A stretch of DNA of 62,893 nucleotides, filler included, from Aduncisulcus paluster (Eukaryota), in NCBI GenBank assembly GCA_024181965.1. It is 8 parts of 8 records of this genome, joined end to end, with 100 filler letters (N's around TTAATTAATTAA, not from the genome) between each part and the next. Parts side by side here need not be neighbours in the genome. Positions count along the whole stretch, not along the records: positions 16,393 to 40,364 come from BQXS01011575.1; 7 more parts are not named here. One strand, 5' to 3'. The position numbers were made by a program, and so were the translations under genes. Positions 24,578 to 34,344 of this stretch are shown here, in pieces (position 1 is the stretch's first letter; each line of letters begins with the position of its first letter). Under the pieces are notes generated by a model that saw nothing but the letters and a program-made list of their open reading frames with translations, searched no databases and was not told the DNA's origin.

Positions 24578-27500
24578 ATGGATAATTCGTGTTTTGGCAA
24601 AATCTTTTCCTGTATCGAGTCATGTAAGATATTTACACTCGTGGTCTACATTATTCTATTTGTATTAGGAGTAATTGCTTCTCCACTCTTTTTCAATTCT
24701 GTTGCTTTTGTTCTGGAACCTCCTGATGGATCTCCAACAATGATCGCTCGTGCGGCAATGAATGAGTATTTCCCTGGAGAAGCCGAGGTAATGCTTACTA
24801 TTTTAACTCTTCAAGAGCAAAAGAAATCGCAGTCCGATCCTTCACAACTTCTTAGCGATGATGTTGCTAATTTTTATGATCAGTATTATGCTCTTTTATC
24901 TGACGAATCTGGTGATTATTACATTCCAAATGTTGTATTTACAACGCATTTTTCCATCAAAGAATCCTGTGGGATAGGATGTTACCCTATTTACGCAAGT
25001 CTGGAATCATCTGACAAAACTGTCCTTCTCGCAATGATATCATCAAGTTTTGGAGATAATCAGGATTATGTTGGGCCAGTCATGAAACTTCAGGATGCTC
25101 TTTATGAAGTTAAGGCCTGTTTGCCCTCGACAATTACTCCAAGTCTCGTTGGAAAAGAAGTTGGTGTAGATTCCGTCCAAGGAGGAATTGTGTATGATTT
25201 GGTTATATTGTGTGTTACATCGGTTCCAATTGCTATTATTATTCTTTGGATATGTCTTAAGGCCTTTAAATTCCTCCTGGTACCACTTTGTACCCTTCTG
25301 GTTGCTACAAGCATGGGTTATGGAGCCATGTATTTACTGTGTTTTTTACCATGGGATGTTTCATCATTTGCTCCGATGATTATTTTTGCCGCGGCAGTCG
25401 CTTTCTCCCTTGATTATTCACTCTTTCAGCTGACACGCTTCAGACAAGAGTTGGAGTGTGGCCGTGATCCAAAAACGGCCGTGTATAACATGCTCAAGCA
25501 TTCTGGTCATACTGTTGTTGTCAGTGGCTCCGTCATTGCTCTTGCTTTCTTCTGTGTTGGAGTACTCCCTCTTGATCTTGTATCGACTATTGGAGTTGGC
25601 GCTGGAGTTGAGCTTATATTTGTTGTTCTCGTGAATGTAACTCTCCTTCCTTCTATTTTATTGATCGGAATCGAGTGGTTTTCTAAGAATTACCGACGTA
25701 TTGCGTGTGTGGAGTCTACATTCGGAGTGAGCCGCAAGAGTTATGAGTTTGTTATCCGCAAACTTGGATGGGATGCAAACAAAGCTGAAGAAGCAATGAT
25801 TTCTGCCCAAGCCGGCAAATCTAACCCCTCATATATTCCTCCTTTCTCCCACTGTGTGCCTGCTCACATAATCTCTCATTCTAGACTCTTGGATGAACAA
25901 TACGATGATATTAACGCTCAAAAACGTAAGTATCTTCGTGTAAAGAAGAACATTGCGACTGTTATGGATCATTTGAAGAAGAAAGAAGAAAAGAAAGATG
26001 AGGAATATGCTCAATTGTTGTCAGAGAAGAATGAAGACGGAGACAAGATCAGAACTTCAAAAGGCGTGAATCCAAGGATGAAAGTGGATGATACAACTCC
26101 GTTATTGAACTCTGATGAGACCTTTCTCTCTGAAGTTGTTGGATCTGCAAAAGAACATATTGAAAAGGATGATGATATTCACCATGAACTTGCTGCTGAT
26201 ATTGAGATGAATGGTTCAAAACTTTTGACCACAGCCACTGAATTCGACCCTTCTGGGAGTGAGTATGCTAAAACAGCTGAGGTAGATGATGGTACTGATG
26301 AGTATGATGAGATCCTTCATGAAGTGCTAGAATTGTATAATATGGAAGATAATCCGAATATTTCTCTTGTGAAATTACATATTAAACGCCAAATTAACAG
26401 TCCTTTGTATAAGTTCTCACTATGCGTCACTTCCCAGCATGCCTGGGTTTGGATCCTCTGTGTTGTGTTGTTCATCATCCCCTGTTTTGTGCTCATTCCG
26501 ATGTATTATCACACAACGATGGACATCCATCATGTGTTGGTGAGTGGATCTGAGTTCTTAGACACTTATAACATGTTGGCTGATGAGTTTGGGGTTGGAA
26601 TGGTTGTCCCCACTCAGATCTTAGTCACTATTCCAGATAATGATGTTTGCCAGGGTCTTTATGATGATATTAAACTTGTAGAAGATGGTTATGGTTTTTC
26701 TCAACAGTTTCCAACCAATGCTCATGTTGAGTCTTCTTGGTTTGAAGAGAACCCAATGGTATCTTATTATTCTTTCAGAGATATGAATATCTCAAACGGA
26801 ACCTTCACTAATGATGTTTCCTCCCCTCCTCTGATGCCTCAAGCTATGTTTGACATGTCTGACCTGGTGGCTGATATTCTGGTCCAGACCGACAATATGA
26901 TCCCTGCCGATCACATCATCTCTATTTCCTCTATGGCTGGGATCGCTGTGACTCGTGAGACTGCACAGGAGTATCTCGACCATCCAGATCTTCACCTTCT
27001 CGGGACGACCTACAGTTTCATTTACCAAGAGATTGTTAGCCTTGGTGGTTGCGGATTCCTTGTGAATGCCACTGTTGCGACTAATGAAGATCCTTTCTCC
27101 GCCAAGGCCGAGCAAATGACCAAAGATATTCGGGTTAAACTCGATCAGTTGGAAACATCCCAGAAAGAAGCCACTGGAATCCAGTTTAATTTGTACTATC
27201 TTGGAGGTGTTGCTGATCAAATCGATGCTACGAGTGCCATCGGGAAACGATTCCCCTTGCAGGTCGGCCTTACCATTGGAATTGTTCTCCTTGTGGTAAT
27301 TGTAACATTTCGGACAGCTTTTATGGCTGTTCTTTTGCTCATCAGTATGGGAATAACCTTGGTATTTATTTTTGGATTCTGCACTGTTCTCTATTGTACC
27401 TCATTATTCAATACCAGTGTGGACGATATTTATTGGGCTGTGCCTATCCTTGCCTTCTCAATCATATGTGGACTCGCTCTTGATTATGTCTCCTTCTTGA

Positions 27501-27877
27501 CGCTAAAGATATTTGAATTGCGCGAGAAAAAGTACACAAATAAGTCTTGCGTTCAACGTGCACAATACACGAGTGGAAGTATCATTAATTACGCATCTTT
27601 GGTCATGGCAAGTGCTTTTGCGGGACTAATGCTCTCAAACATTCAACTAATGGTTGAATATGGAATATTCTTATGCGGGGCCACTCTGTTCGATGCTTTT
27701 GTTATTCGTGGGGTGTTTGTTCCTGCAACAATGAGTCTCATGGGAGATGCTCTCTGGTGGCCGAGAAGAATGCCGGAAGGAATTAAACGATGTGAAGTTC
27801 CAGAGATTGATGGATGTTTCTGTGATGGGCGGGGTTCTAAAATTAGCGATAATCCTGAGAAACGAGAGACACCATGA
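24578..27877 (+). CDS. MmpL-family RND transporter
   Basis: 1099 aa with two TM halves. Signature motifs AFSLDYSLFQLTRFRQEL...SGHTVVVSG and GLALDY...SGSIINYASLVMASAF...FDAFVIRGVFVPATMSLMGDALWWP. Confidence 0.88.
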   Translation: MDNSCFGKIFSCIESCKIFTLVVYIILFVLGVIASPLFFNSVAFVLEPPDGSPTMIARAAMNEYFPGEAEVMLTILTLQEQKKSQSDPSQLLSDDVANFYDQYYALLSDESGDYYIPNVVFTTHFSIKESCGIGCYPIYASLESSDKTVLLAMISSSFGDNQDYVGPVMKLQDALYEVKACLPSTITPSLVGKEVGVDSVQGGIVYDLVILCVTSVPIAIIILWICLKAFKFLLVPLCTLLVATSMGYGAMYLLCFLPWDVSSFAPMIIFAAAVAFSLDYSLFQLTRFRQELECGRDPKTAVYNMLKHSGHTVVVSGSVIALAFFCVGVLPLDLVSTIGVGAGVELIFVVLVNVTLLPSILLIGIEWFSKNYRRIACVESTFGVSRKSYEFVIRKLGWDANKAEEAMISAQAGKSNPSYIPPFSHCVPAHIISHSRLLDEQYDDINAQKRKYLRVKKNIATVMDHLKKKEEKKDEEYAQLLSEKNEDGDKIRTSKGVNPRMKVDDTTPLLNSDETFLSEVVGSAKEHIEKDDDIHHELAADIEMNGSKLLTTATEFDPSGSEYAKTAEVDDGTDEYDEILHEVLELYNMEDNPNISLVKLHIKRQINSPLYKFSLCVTSQHAWVWILCVVLFIIPCFVLIPMYYHTTMDIHHVLVSGSEFLDTYNMLADEFGVGMVVPTQILVTIPDNDVCQGLYDDIKLVEDGYGFSQQFPTNAHVESSWFEENPMVSYYSFRDMNISNGTFTNDVSSPPLMPQAMFDMSDLVADILVQTDNMIPADHIISISSMAGIAVTRETAQEYLDHPDLHLLGTTYSFIYQEIVSLGGCGFLVNATVATNEDPFSAKAEQMTKDIRVKLDQLETSQKEATGIQFNLYYLGGVADQIDATSAIGKRFPLQVGLTIGIVLLVVIVTFRTAFMAVLLLISMGITLVFIFGFCTVLYCTSLFNTSVDDIYWAVPILAFSIICGLALDYVSFLTLKIFELREKKYTNKSCVQRAQYTSGSIINYASLVMASAFAGLMLSNIQLMVEYGIFLCGATLFDAFVIRGVFVPATMSLMGDALWWPRRMPEGIKRCEVPEIDGCFCDGRGSKISDNPEKRETP

Positions 27878-28299
27878 GCATTTTTTTTACCGGTTTTCAT
27901 ACTATGAAAGTAGTACTTTTTTCAGATCCTTTGTTATTATTATTATTATTATTATTTTTACGTTTGTTCTGTGTTGACAACATGTGTGTGTTGTTTTTTT
28001 CATTTTGGTAGCCTAATTTTCAATTGAATTGGGCTAGATCATTATTTTCCCTCTCTTTTTTAGAGTGTTTTAAATTGACTGGTTATTACTTTAAAAAAAA
28101 AAGGTATCCAACATAATAAATTGCTTTTCTTATTGGATTCGCTCATTGACTTGTATTATCAAAAGAAAATGACCAATAAAACGGCACAGTCAAAAAGAGA
28201 TCTAAAAGATATTCTTAAATTATAATCAGTGTTCATAAACACTTCTTAAGAAGAAATTATATAATGTAAACTCGAAAGAAAGTCAGAATTAACTCAAAC

Positions 28300-29302
28300 T
28301 TACTTGTGAGAAAGACGACGAGCCAAATCGACATCCTTGTCCATGATGGTAACACGGTTAGTGTGGAGAGCACAAAGGTTGGTGTCCTCGAACATAGAAA
28401 CAAGGTAGGACTCAGAGGCCTCTTGAAGAGCGGCCAAAGCCTGAGCCTGGAAACGAAGATCGGAACGGATACCAACAGCGATAGCACGGACAAGACGTTG
28501 GAAAGGAGCCTTACGCATCAAAAGGTCAGTAGATTTCTGGAACTTCTTGATCTCACGGATAGCCACGGTACCGGGCTTGAACTTACGAGAGAGACCTCCA
28601 GTGGAACCTCCCTTAACACCAGCAGCGGTGGTGCTGGTCTTACGGGCAGCCTTAACAGCGATTTGCTTACGTGGGGCCTTACCGGCGTTCTTACGAGNNN
28701 NNNNNNNNNNNNNNNNNATAAGACATCGTCTTGAATGCACTCACCGTCACAATTGCTGCATATGGCGCAGATAAGACCGGCTGATGACGGAGAGATAGAT
28801 GCAGAAATGCATAGGGATATTGAGGGTAATGTATGCAGAAGATCAGCAAGGGAAGAGCAATGGGAAGACAATGAGGAGGTGGATNNNNNNNNNNNNNNNN
28901 NNNNGCCAAATCGACATCCTTGTCCATGATGGTAACACGGTTAGTGTGGAGAGCACAAAGGTTGGTGTCCTCGAACATAGAAACAAGGTAGGACTCAGAG
29001 GCCTCTTGAAGAGCGGCCAAAGCCTGAGCCTGGAAACGAAGATCGGAACGGATACCAACAGCGATAGCACGGACAAGACGTTGGAAAGGAGCCTTACGCA
29101 TCAAAAGGTCAGTAGATTTCTGGAACTTCTTGATCTCACGGATAGCCACGGTACCGGGCTTGAACTTACGAGAGAGACCTCCAGTGGAACCTCCCTTAAC
29201 ACCAGCAGCGGTGGTGCTGGTCTTACGGGCAGCCTTAACAGCGATTTGCTTACGTGGGGCCTTACCGGCGTTCTTACGAGCAGTTTGCTTAGTACGAGCC
29301 AT
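28300..29302 (-). CDS. H3: Histone H3 (divergent); present as two overlapping partial copies around a mis-scaffolded insert
   Basis: [10 protein letters not shown]...[10 protein letters not shown]...PFQRLVR...DLRFQ...FEDTNLC...RVTIMDKD. 28322-28697 is identical to 28905-29280; merging them gives one complete ORF ending LARRLSHK*. Confidence 0.95.
28718..28884. other. Misplaced 167-bp copy of 16426-16592 between two 20-N gaps
   Basis: Identical to the start of the same scaffold; bounded by N gaps on both sides. Confidence 0.9.
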
Positions 29303-29941
29303 TTAATATACTTACTTATTCACAAAAGTTATTACAATCCTTCTTCATCAACAGAACATAACATAATTTTATTTCTGCACTGAAAATCGATATGCTTTTA
29401 TATTTAATATATTTTTTAAAATTACCAATATAATTTTCTATTAAAATTAGAAGTATAATATAAATTAAATGGAAATATAAATTTAAGATATATATAGATA
29501 AAAAGAAAATGGGGGTTTAATACTGATATTTTATTTTGAATAACTATTTTGGGGTTTTGGTGCTATTCAGAGTTAATTAGAATACTTTTAGCACTTAATT
29601 TAACTTATTTCTTAGATATTAAATAATATTTTGTTTAAATATTGAATTTATTTGAACTATCCAACCATATGGTGGTTTTCTGTTTTTTAGCCTTGATAAC
29701 ATAATTCCTCATAAATTAATATAGGATTTGATGGATTATAATACTGTATTATGCCATAAAAAATAACTGAAAATTCAGATACCGTTTGAATTGGGTATAA
29801 TATTTAAATGGCCACGAGTGAATATTTGTTGGATCTAATTTAAGAATATGACACGATATGATTGTTGCATACTTGTTTTATAAAAAGGATTGAGTAAAAA
29901 ATGTTTGTCTGTACAGTAACATGAAAGAAGAAACAATTGCA

Positions 29942-31552
29942 TCACTTCTTCTTCTTCTTACCCTTCTTTTTCCCTTTTTTAGGTTTAAGTGCCGAATATG
30001 TTCGTTTTATGAGTTCCTCGAGGACAGGAAGTTCCTCAGAACGGACTTGTCTAATACATAGAGCAGAAGCAACCTCACAGTTTCGATTAGTTTGTCCAAT
30101 GATGGGATCTGAAAGCGGAAGTTTCTGGCTAAGGACGGAATTTGATATTTCTAATGCAGATACACCCGTGGCAATAGCTTGGGACTCTTCAGAGGCAAGA
30201 TGAGCAGTGAGGATTCGCATTATTCCAAAATTATGAAGGGAACACCAAGCAGCCGGATTCAACATTGAAATAACTCGATCTTCATGTTTTTGTTTCTCAA
30301 TATCGATACAAGGTTCAGATCCAGCTTTCTTTGCCTTTTTGGGCTGCCGTTTCTTTTTGACAATAGAATCGACACCTGCGGGTCCACTGTAGAGACCTAA
30401 GCTAATGGCTTCTCTATTAGGTACACCGAAGGATGTCCCCTTGAAACGTTCATCGCCTGTGTAAACCCAAATGGGAGGCGGAGGAGGAGCTTTCTCTTCT
30501 TCTCCTTTCTTCGCCTTGTTGGGTTTCGGCTTGGCACCTCCTTTCTTATCTGCAGAGGCAGCTTTGGCGATCATGGCAGACATTTTCATCGCAATGGCCA
30601 TATTTTTCGATGTCATTGACCTTTTTGAGGCACCAGTTCCTGCAAGATATTGAGATCCACTCATTGTTATTGATGATGGATACGCAGAGATAGGCAAAGT
30701 CGGAATAGGTGGGAACGGGCCCTCTAATTCACCTTCTCCAAGGGTTTTTTTCGTTTGAATCAAGGCTTTCTTCATAGAAATATCAATTTCAGAGACTATT
30801 TCATCAGATGGTTTGAAAGGGGCTGGAGTCCTAACACGCTGGATATATGTCGATGTAATGCCAGATGCAGTGATTCCACCAGCTGATGGAGGCCTTCGAG
30901 GTGTTTGAGGTGCACTCATCGCACGAGGTTCTGATCCGAAATCATTGTCAATTCCAGCATCTTTATCAGCATCATCAAGACTGCCCTCTCCGCTCAATGC
31001 TGTGTCAGATGATGCTCCAAGGGCTCCAAACAAACAAACACGTCGTCTACCACACCAACTTGAGCGAAATAGCTTGGCACTATGGGCTATATCTCCAATA
31101 ACAACGTGTTCAAGAAAGGCTAAGAGTTCAACGGATGCAAAATATTCAGGCTCTGTGGCTGTGAATGCTTGAGAGGCGAGATCAAATGCTGCCTGAGCTA
31201 CCGATAAGGCCGCCTCCTGTTCTTCTGCTTCAAATAGAATATCTGACTGTAACAAAAGACATGATACGGCGGTAGAAGCAGATAATGGCTCTGGAGAAAC
31301 AAAATCTGACCACTCTGCGATGAGTCTACGCAAGAAATGTAGTGCAACTTTAAATTTTCCTGAACTTGTCGCCGCTTTACATGCATCTAAGATGTGTAAA
31401 AGCTCAAGAGTTGGTGGTTCTGGTAGAGGACATGTAGGTTTAATTAAAGAAAAATCGAGAACTGGAATTACACTTCGAGTATCTCCTGTAACATTTTCTC
31501 GAGAGATATGCGCGGAATATCCACGCATAGATATCGAAGGAGTTGCAAGCAT
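29942..31552 (-). CDS. Hypothetical protein with TPR-like helical segments and a Lys-rich C-terminus
   Basis: 536-aa ORF with amphipathic helical blocks (EAALSVAQAAFDLASQ; AAWCSLHNFGIMRIL...ALEISNSVL...PIIGQTNRN); ends KKGKKKGKKKKK. Confidence 0.6.
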   Translation of the reverse strand: MLATPSISMRGYSAHISRENVTGDTRSVIPVLDFSLIKPTCPLPEPPTLELLHILDACKAATSSGKFKVALHFLRRLIAEWSDFVSPEPLSASTAVSCLLLQSDILFEAEEQEAALSVAQAAFDLASQAFTATEPEYFASVELLAFLEHVVIGDIAHSAKLFRSSWCGRRRVCLFGALGASSDTALSGEGSLDDADKDAGIDNDFGSEPRAMSAPQTPRRPPSAGGITASGITSTYIQRVRTPAPFKPSDEIVSEIDISMKKALIQTKKTLGEGELEGPFPPIPTLPISAYPSSITMSGSQYLAGTGASKRSMTSKNMAIAMKMSAMIAKAASADKKGGAKPKPNKAKKGEEEKAPPPPPIWVYTGDERFKGTSFGVPNREAISLGLYSGPAGVDSIVKKKRQPKKAKKAGSEPCIDIEKQKHEDRVISMLNPAAWCSLHNFGIMRILTAHLASEESQAIATGVSALEISNSVLSQKLPLSDPIIGQTNRNCEVASALCIRQVRSEELPVLEELIKRTYSALKPKKGKKKGKKKKK

Positions 31553-32215
31553 GAATAAATATTAAAATATGGTATAATAATTTTTGTAATGATTTACAGA
31601 TACTTCCAAATTTCCACTCTTGAAAATTCAAACTTGAGTGGAAACAGTTATGTTAATATAGTTAATATGATTGTTAATCAATTTGATGTTATATGTCATA
31701 TTAGTATAAAATATAGAAATTCCTTTCGTTTTTCTTCGTGGGGGAAAAATCGATATATATTGAGTTATCCAGAGCGAGTTCATAAATTTAATACTTTCCA
31801 ATTGGTATTAATATGGATTTTAAATCAAAGAATTACATTTTATTTTAACTTTATTGCATTTTAGATAACCTGCACATCAAATCGTTTTTTGGGTAACAAT
31901 NNNNNNNNNNNNNNNNNNNNAATTTCCACTCTTGAAAATTCAAACTTGAGTGGAAACAGTTATGTTAATATAGTTAATATGATTGTTAATCAATTTGATG
32001 TTATATGTCATATTAGTATAAAATATAGAAATTCCTTTCGTTTTTCTTCGTGGGGGAAAAATCGATATATATTGAGTTATCCAGAGCGAGTTCATAAATT
32101 TAATACTTTCCAATTGGTATTAATATGGATTTTAAATCAAAGAATTACATTTTATTTTAACTTTATTGCATTTTAGATAACCTGCACATCAAATCGTTTT
32201 TTGGGTAACAATCTC

Positions 32216-34099
32216 ATGGGTAAAAACGATACATTTGGAGGAACCGTCACTTTTGGAGGTGGGGGTAGTTTTACCTTTGGTGGTACATATTCAACTGTTA
32301 ATACTGCTACTACAACCTCCACTAATGCTTCTCTCGATGGTACAGCAACATCTGATACGGCTAGTATAAGTAGTTTTATGAGTGACTCTGATAGGCCCAG
32401 GAAAGTATCTACAGAACCGATGGATTCGTGTGGAAACACCATATCAACGATCGGTGAATGGAGGTTTCCAAGAAGGTTTTGTCATAAAATATGTGAAAGT
32501 GGATGGTTTGCTTGGGTTATATTGTTAATTATTTTATTAAATACAGTTTTATTAGTGATTCAAACTGATTCTGAGCTTTCAGAGAATTATGGGTTTTATC
32601 TCAGTATTATTGACAATGTATTTCTTGGAATTTATACATTTGAATTCATTCTCAAATTAATTACATATCGAACATCATTTTTCAAATCTGGATGGAATAA
32701 TTTCGATGCGATTATCGTTGTTACTTCTTTCCTTGATTGGACTCAATATTTTGCAATATCAACAATTTCTCTCGATGGATTTGATCCAAAGATCTTTCGT
32801 CTCTTACGAGTATTTAAAACTGTGCGTGCTTTGCGAGCCTTGAGGGCACTTCGAACCCTCAGCTTTTTAAAGAATCTCCAAATGATCGTTTCTACAATTA
32901 TTAAGTCAATTTCAGCATTGGGAGCTATTAGTATCCTTGTTTTCATTGTTATTTATATATTTGCTATCATTGGACGAACTCTGTTCGCAGCATATCTCCC
33001 TGCCCGATTTGGGTCTTTTGGGGATGCTGTCATGTCCCTTCTTCAACTTATCACGCTCGATGATTGGTTTGACTTTGTCGATGATCTTCGTCCGTACTCC
33101 GGTGTTGCAATTCCATATCTTTTGGCTTACATTCTTCTGCAGACATTCATTTTAATCAACTTATTTTCAGCCGTTATTGTGGATAACCTTGAGGCCTCTT
33201 TGCAGAAAATGACAGCAGCAAGGGAGGAAAGGAAGAGAAAACGGCGGAAGAAGAAGCTTGCCAAGGCAGCTACCCAAAGACTAAAGGAGACAGAGCAGCA
33301 TATGACGTTGAGTCTGGGTGGATCGAGGGCGTCTCTCTCTGGCTCATTCGGTGGTTCTGATCTTGAAGCTACAGAGAAGGAAACGGCCGATGTGACGCAG
33401 CGACTCGAGGATACAAAGGCAAAGATTACTGGGGAGGCAGCTGGGATTACTGGCCCTGAAACTCCATCCAAGGCCGCAAAAAAGAAGATGAGCATTCATG
33501 ATGTCGAGAAAGAGGCTGAAAAGGAGCTTAGAAAGAAAGAGAAGCTGGCAAGTTCCCTCGGAGGGACATCATCGGTGTCCGGNNNNNNNNNNNNNNNNNN
33601 NNCGAGGGCGTCTCTCTCTGGCTCATTCGGTGGTTCTGATCTTGAAGCTACAGAGAAGGAAACGGCCGATGTGACGCAGCGACTCGAGGATACAAAGGCA
33701 AAGATTACTGGGGAGGCAGCTGGGATTACTGGCCCTGAAACTCCATCCAAGGCCGCAAAAAAGAAGATGAGCATTCATGATGTCGAGAAAGAGGCTGAAA
33801 AGGAGCTTAGAAAGAAAGAGAAGCTGGCAAGTTCCCTCGGAGGGACATCATCGGTGTCCGGTGCTCTGCGTGTGTTAGGGTTGAAATCAAGAGCAGAAGA
33901 CCTCCATGGGGACAATATTTACTTCAGGGATGCCGATTTCTTCTATGGTTCACACCATATCGGAGCAAGAAACAGAGAATTATACGGGCAAGTCTGGCTT
34001 TTGCTTGATAGTCTGGAATGTGAGGATGAATTACTTCAGGAACAGGAGAAACTTCTTGCTGATTTGATTGATTTCAGTGTTACAAAACTTCCTGAGTAA
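32216..34099 (+). CDS. Single-domain 6-TM voltage-gated cation channel, CatSper1-like
   Basis: S3 region GWNNFDAIIV; S4 FRLLRVFKTVRALRALRALRTLSFL with 7 basic residues at 3-aa spacing; pore LITLDDW; S6 LINLFSAVIVDNL; C-terminal coiled coil. 33324-33582 is duplicated across the gap. An upstream exon is possible (acceptor-like TTTTAG at 32171-32176 is in frame). Confidence 0.85.
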   Translation: MGKNDTFGGTVTFGGGGSFTFGGTYSTVNTATTTSTNASLDGTATSDTASISSFMSDSDRPRKVSTEPMDSCGNTISTIGEWRFPRRFCHKICESGWFAWVILLIILLNTVLLVIQTDSELSENYGFYLSIIDNVFLGIYTFEFILKLITYRTSFFKSGWNNFDAIIVVTSFLDWTQYFAISTISLDGFDPKIFRLLRVFKTVRALRALRALRTLSFLKNLQMIVSTIIKSISALGAISILVFIVIYIFAIIGRTLFAAYLPARFGSFGDAVMSLLQLITLDDWFDFVDDLRPYSGVAIPYLLAYILLQTFILINLFSAVIVDNLEASLQKMTAAREERKRKRRKKKLAKAATQRLKETEQHMTLSLGGSRASLSGSFGGSDLEATEKETADVTQRLEDTKAKITGEAAGITGPETPSKAAKKKMSIHDVEKEAEKELRKKEKLASSLGGTSSVSXXXXXXXXRASLSGSFGGSDLEATEKETADVTQRLEDTKAKITGEAAGITGPETPSKAAKKKMSIHDVEKEAEKELRKKEKLASSLGGTSSVSGALRVLGLKSRAEDLHGDNIYFRDADFFYGSHHIGARNRELYGQVWLLLDSLECEDELLQEQEKLLADLIDFSVTKLPE

Positions 34100-34344
34100 T
34101 TTTAAGATTTAATAGTAGAGAATTCAGAGGGATAATCAACATAAATGGCGTGGTTTTTTGTTGTCGGTCTTTCTGGAATAATATATATAATAATAAAAGT
34201 GATTATGTTTTAATTTCGAATTTTGTGTCGATTTTATTGTGTTTCTGTTGGATTTGATGACGGTCTTTTTAACATGACGATCAGATTGCGTTTTTGACTC
34301 TCATCTTCACAAAATATTAGAATTATTAGTATTTTATTGCACGA

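Noticed and set aside
28300..29302. Tandem H3 genes or an H3 fusion with a fragment of the giant ORF
   Set aside because: The copies are identical partial overlaps and the 167-bp insert is bounded by gaps. A true tandem array cannot be excluded but is not shown here.
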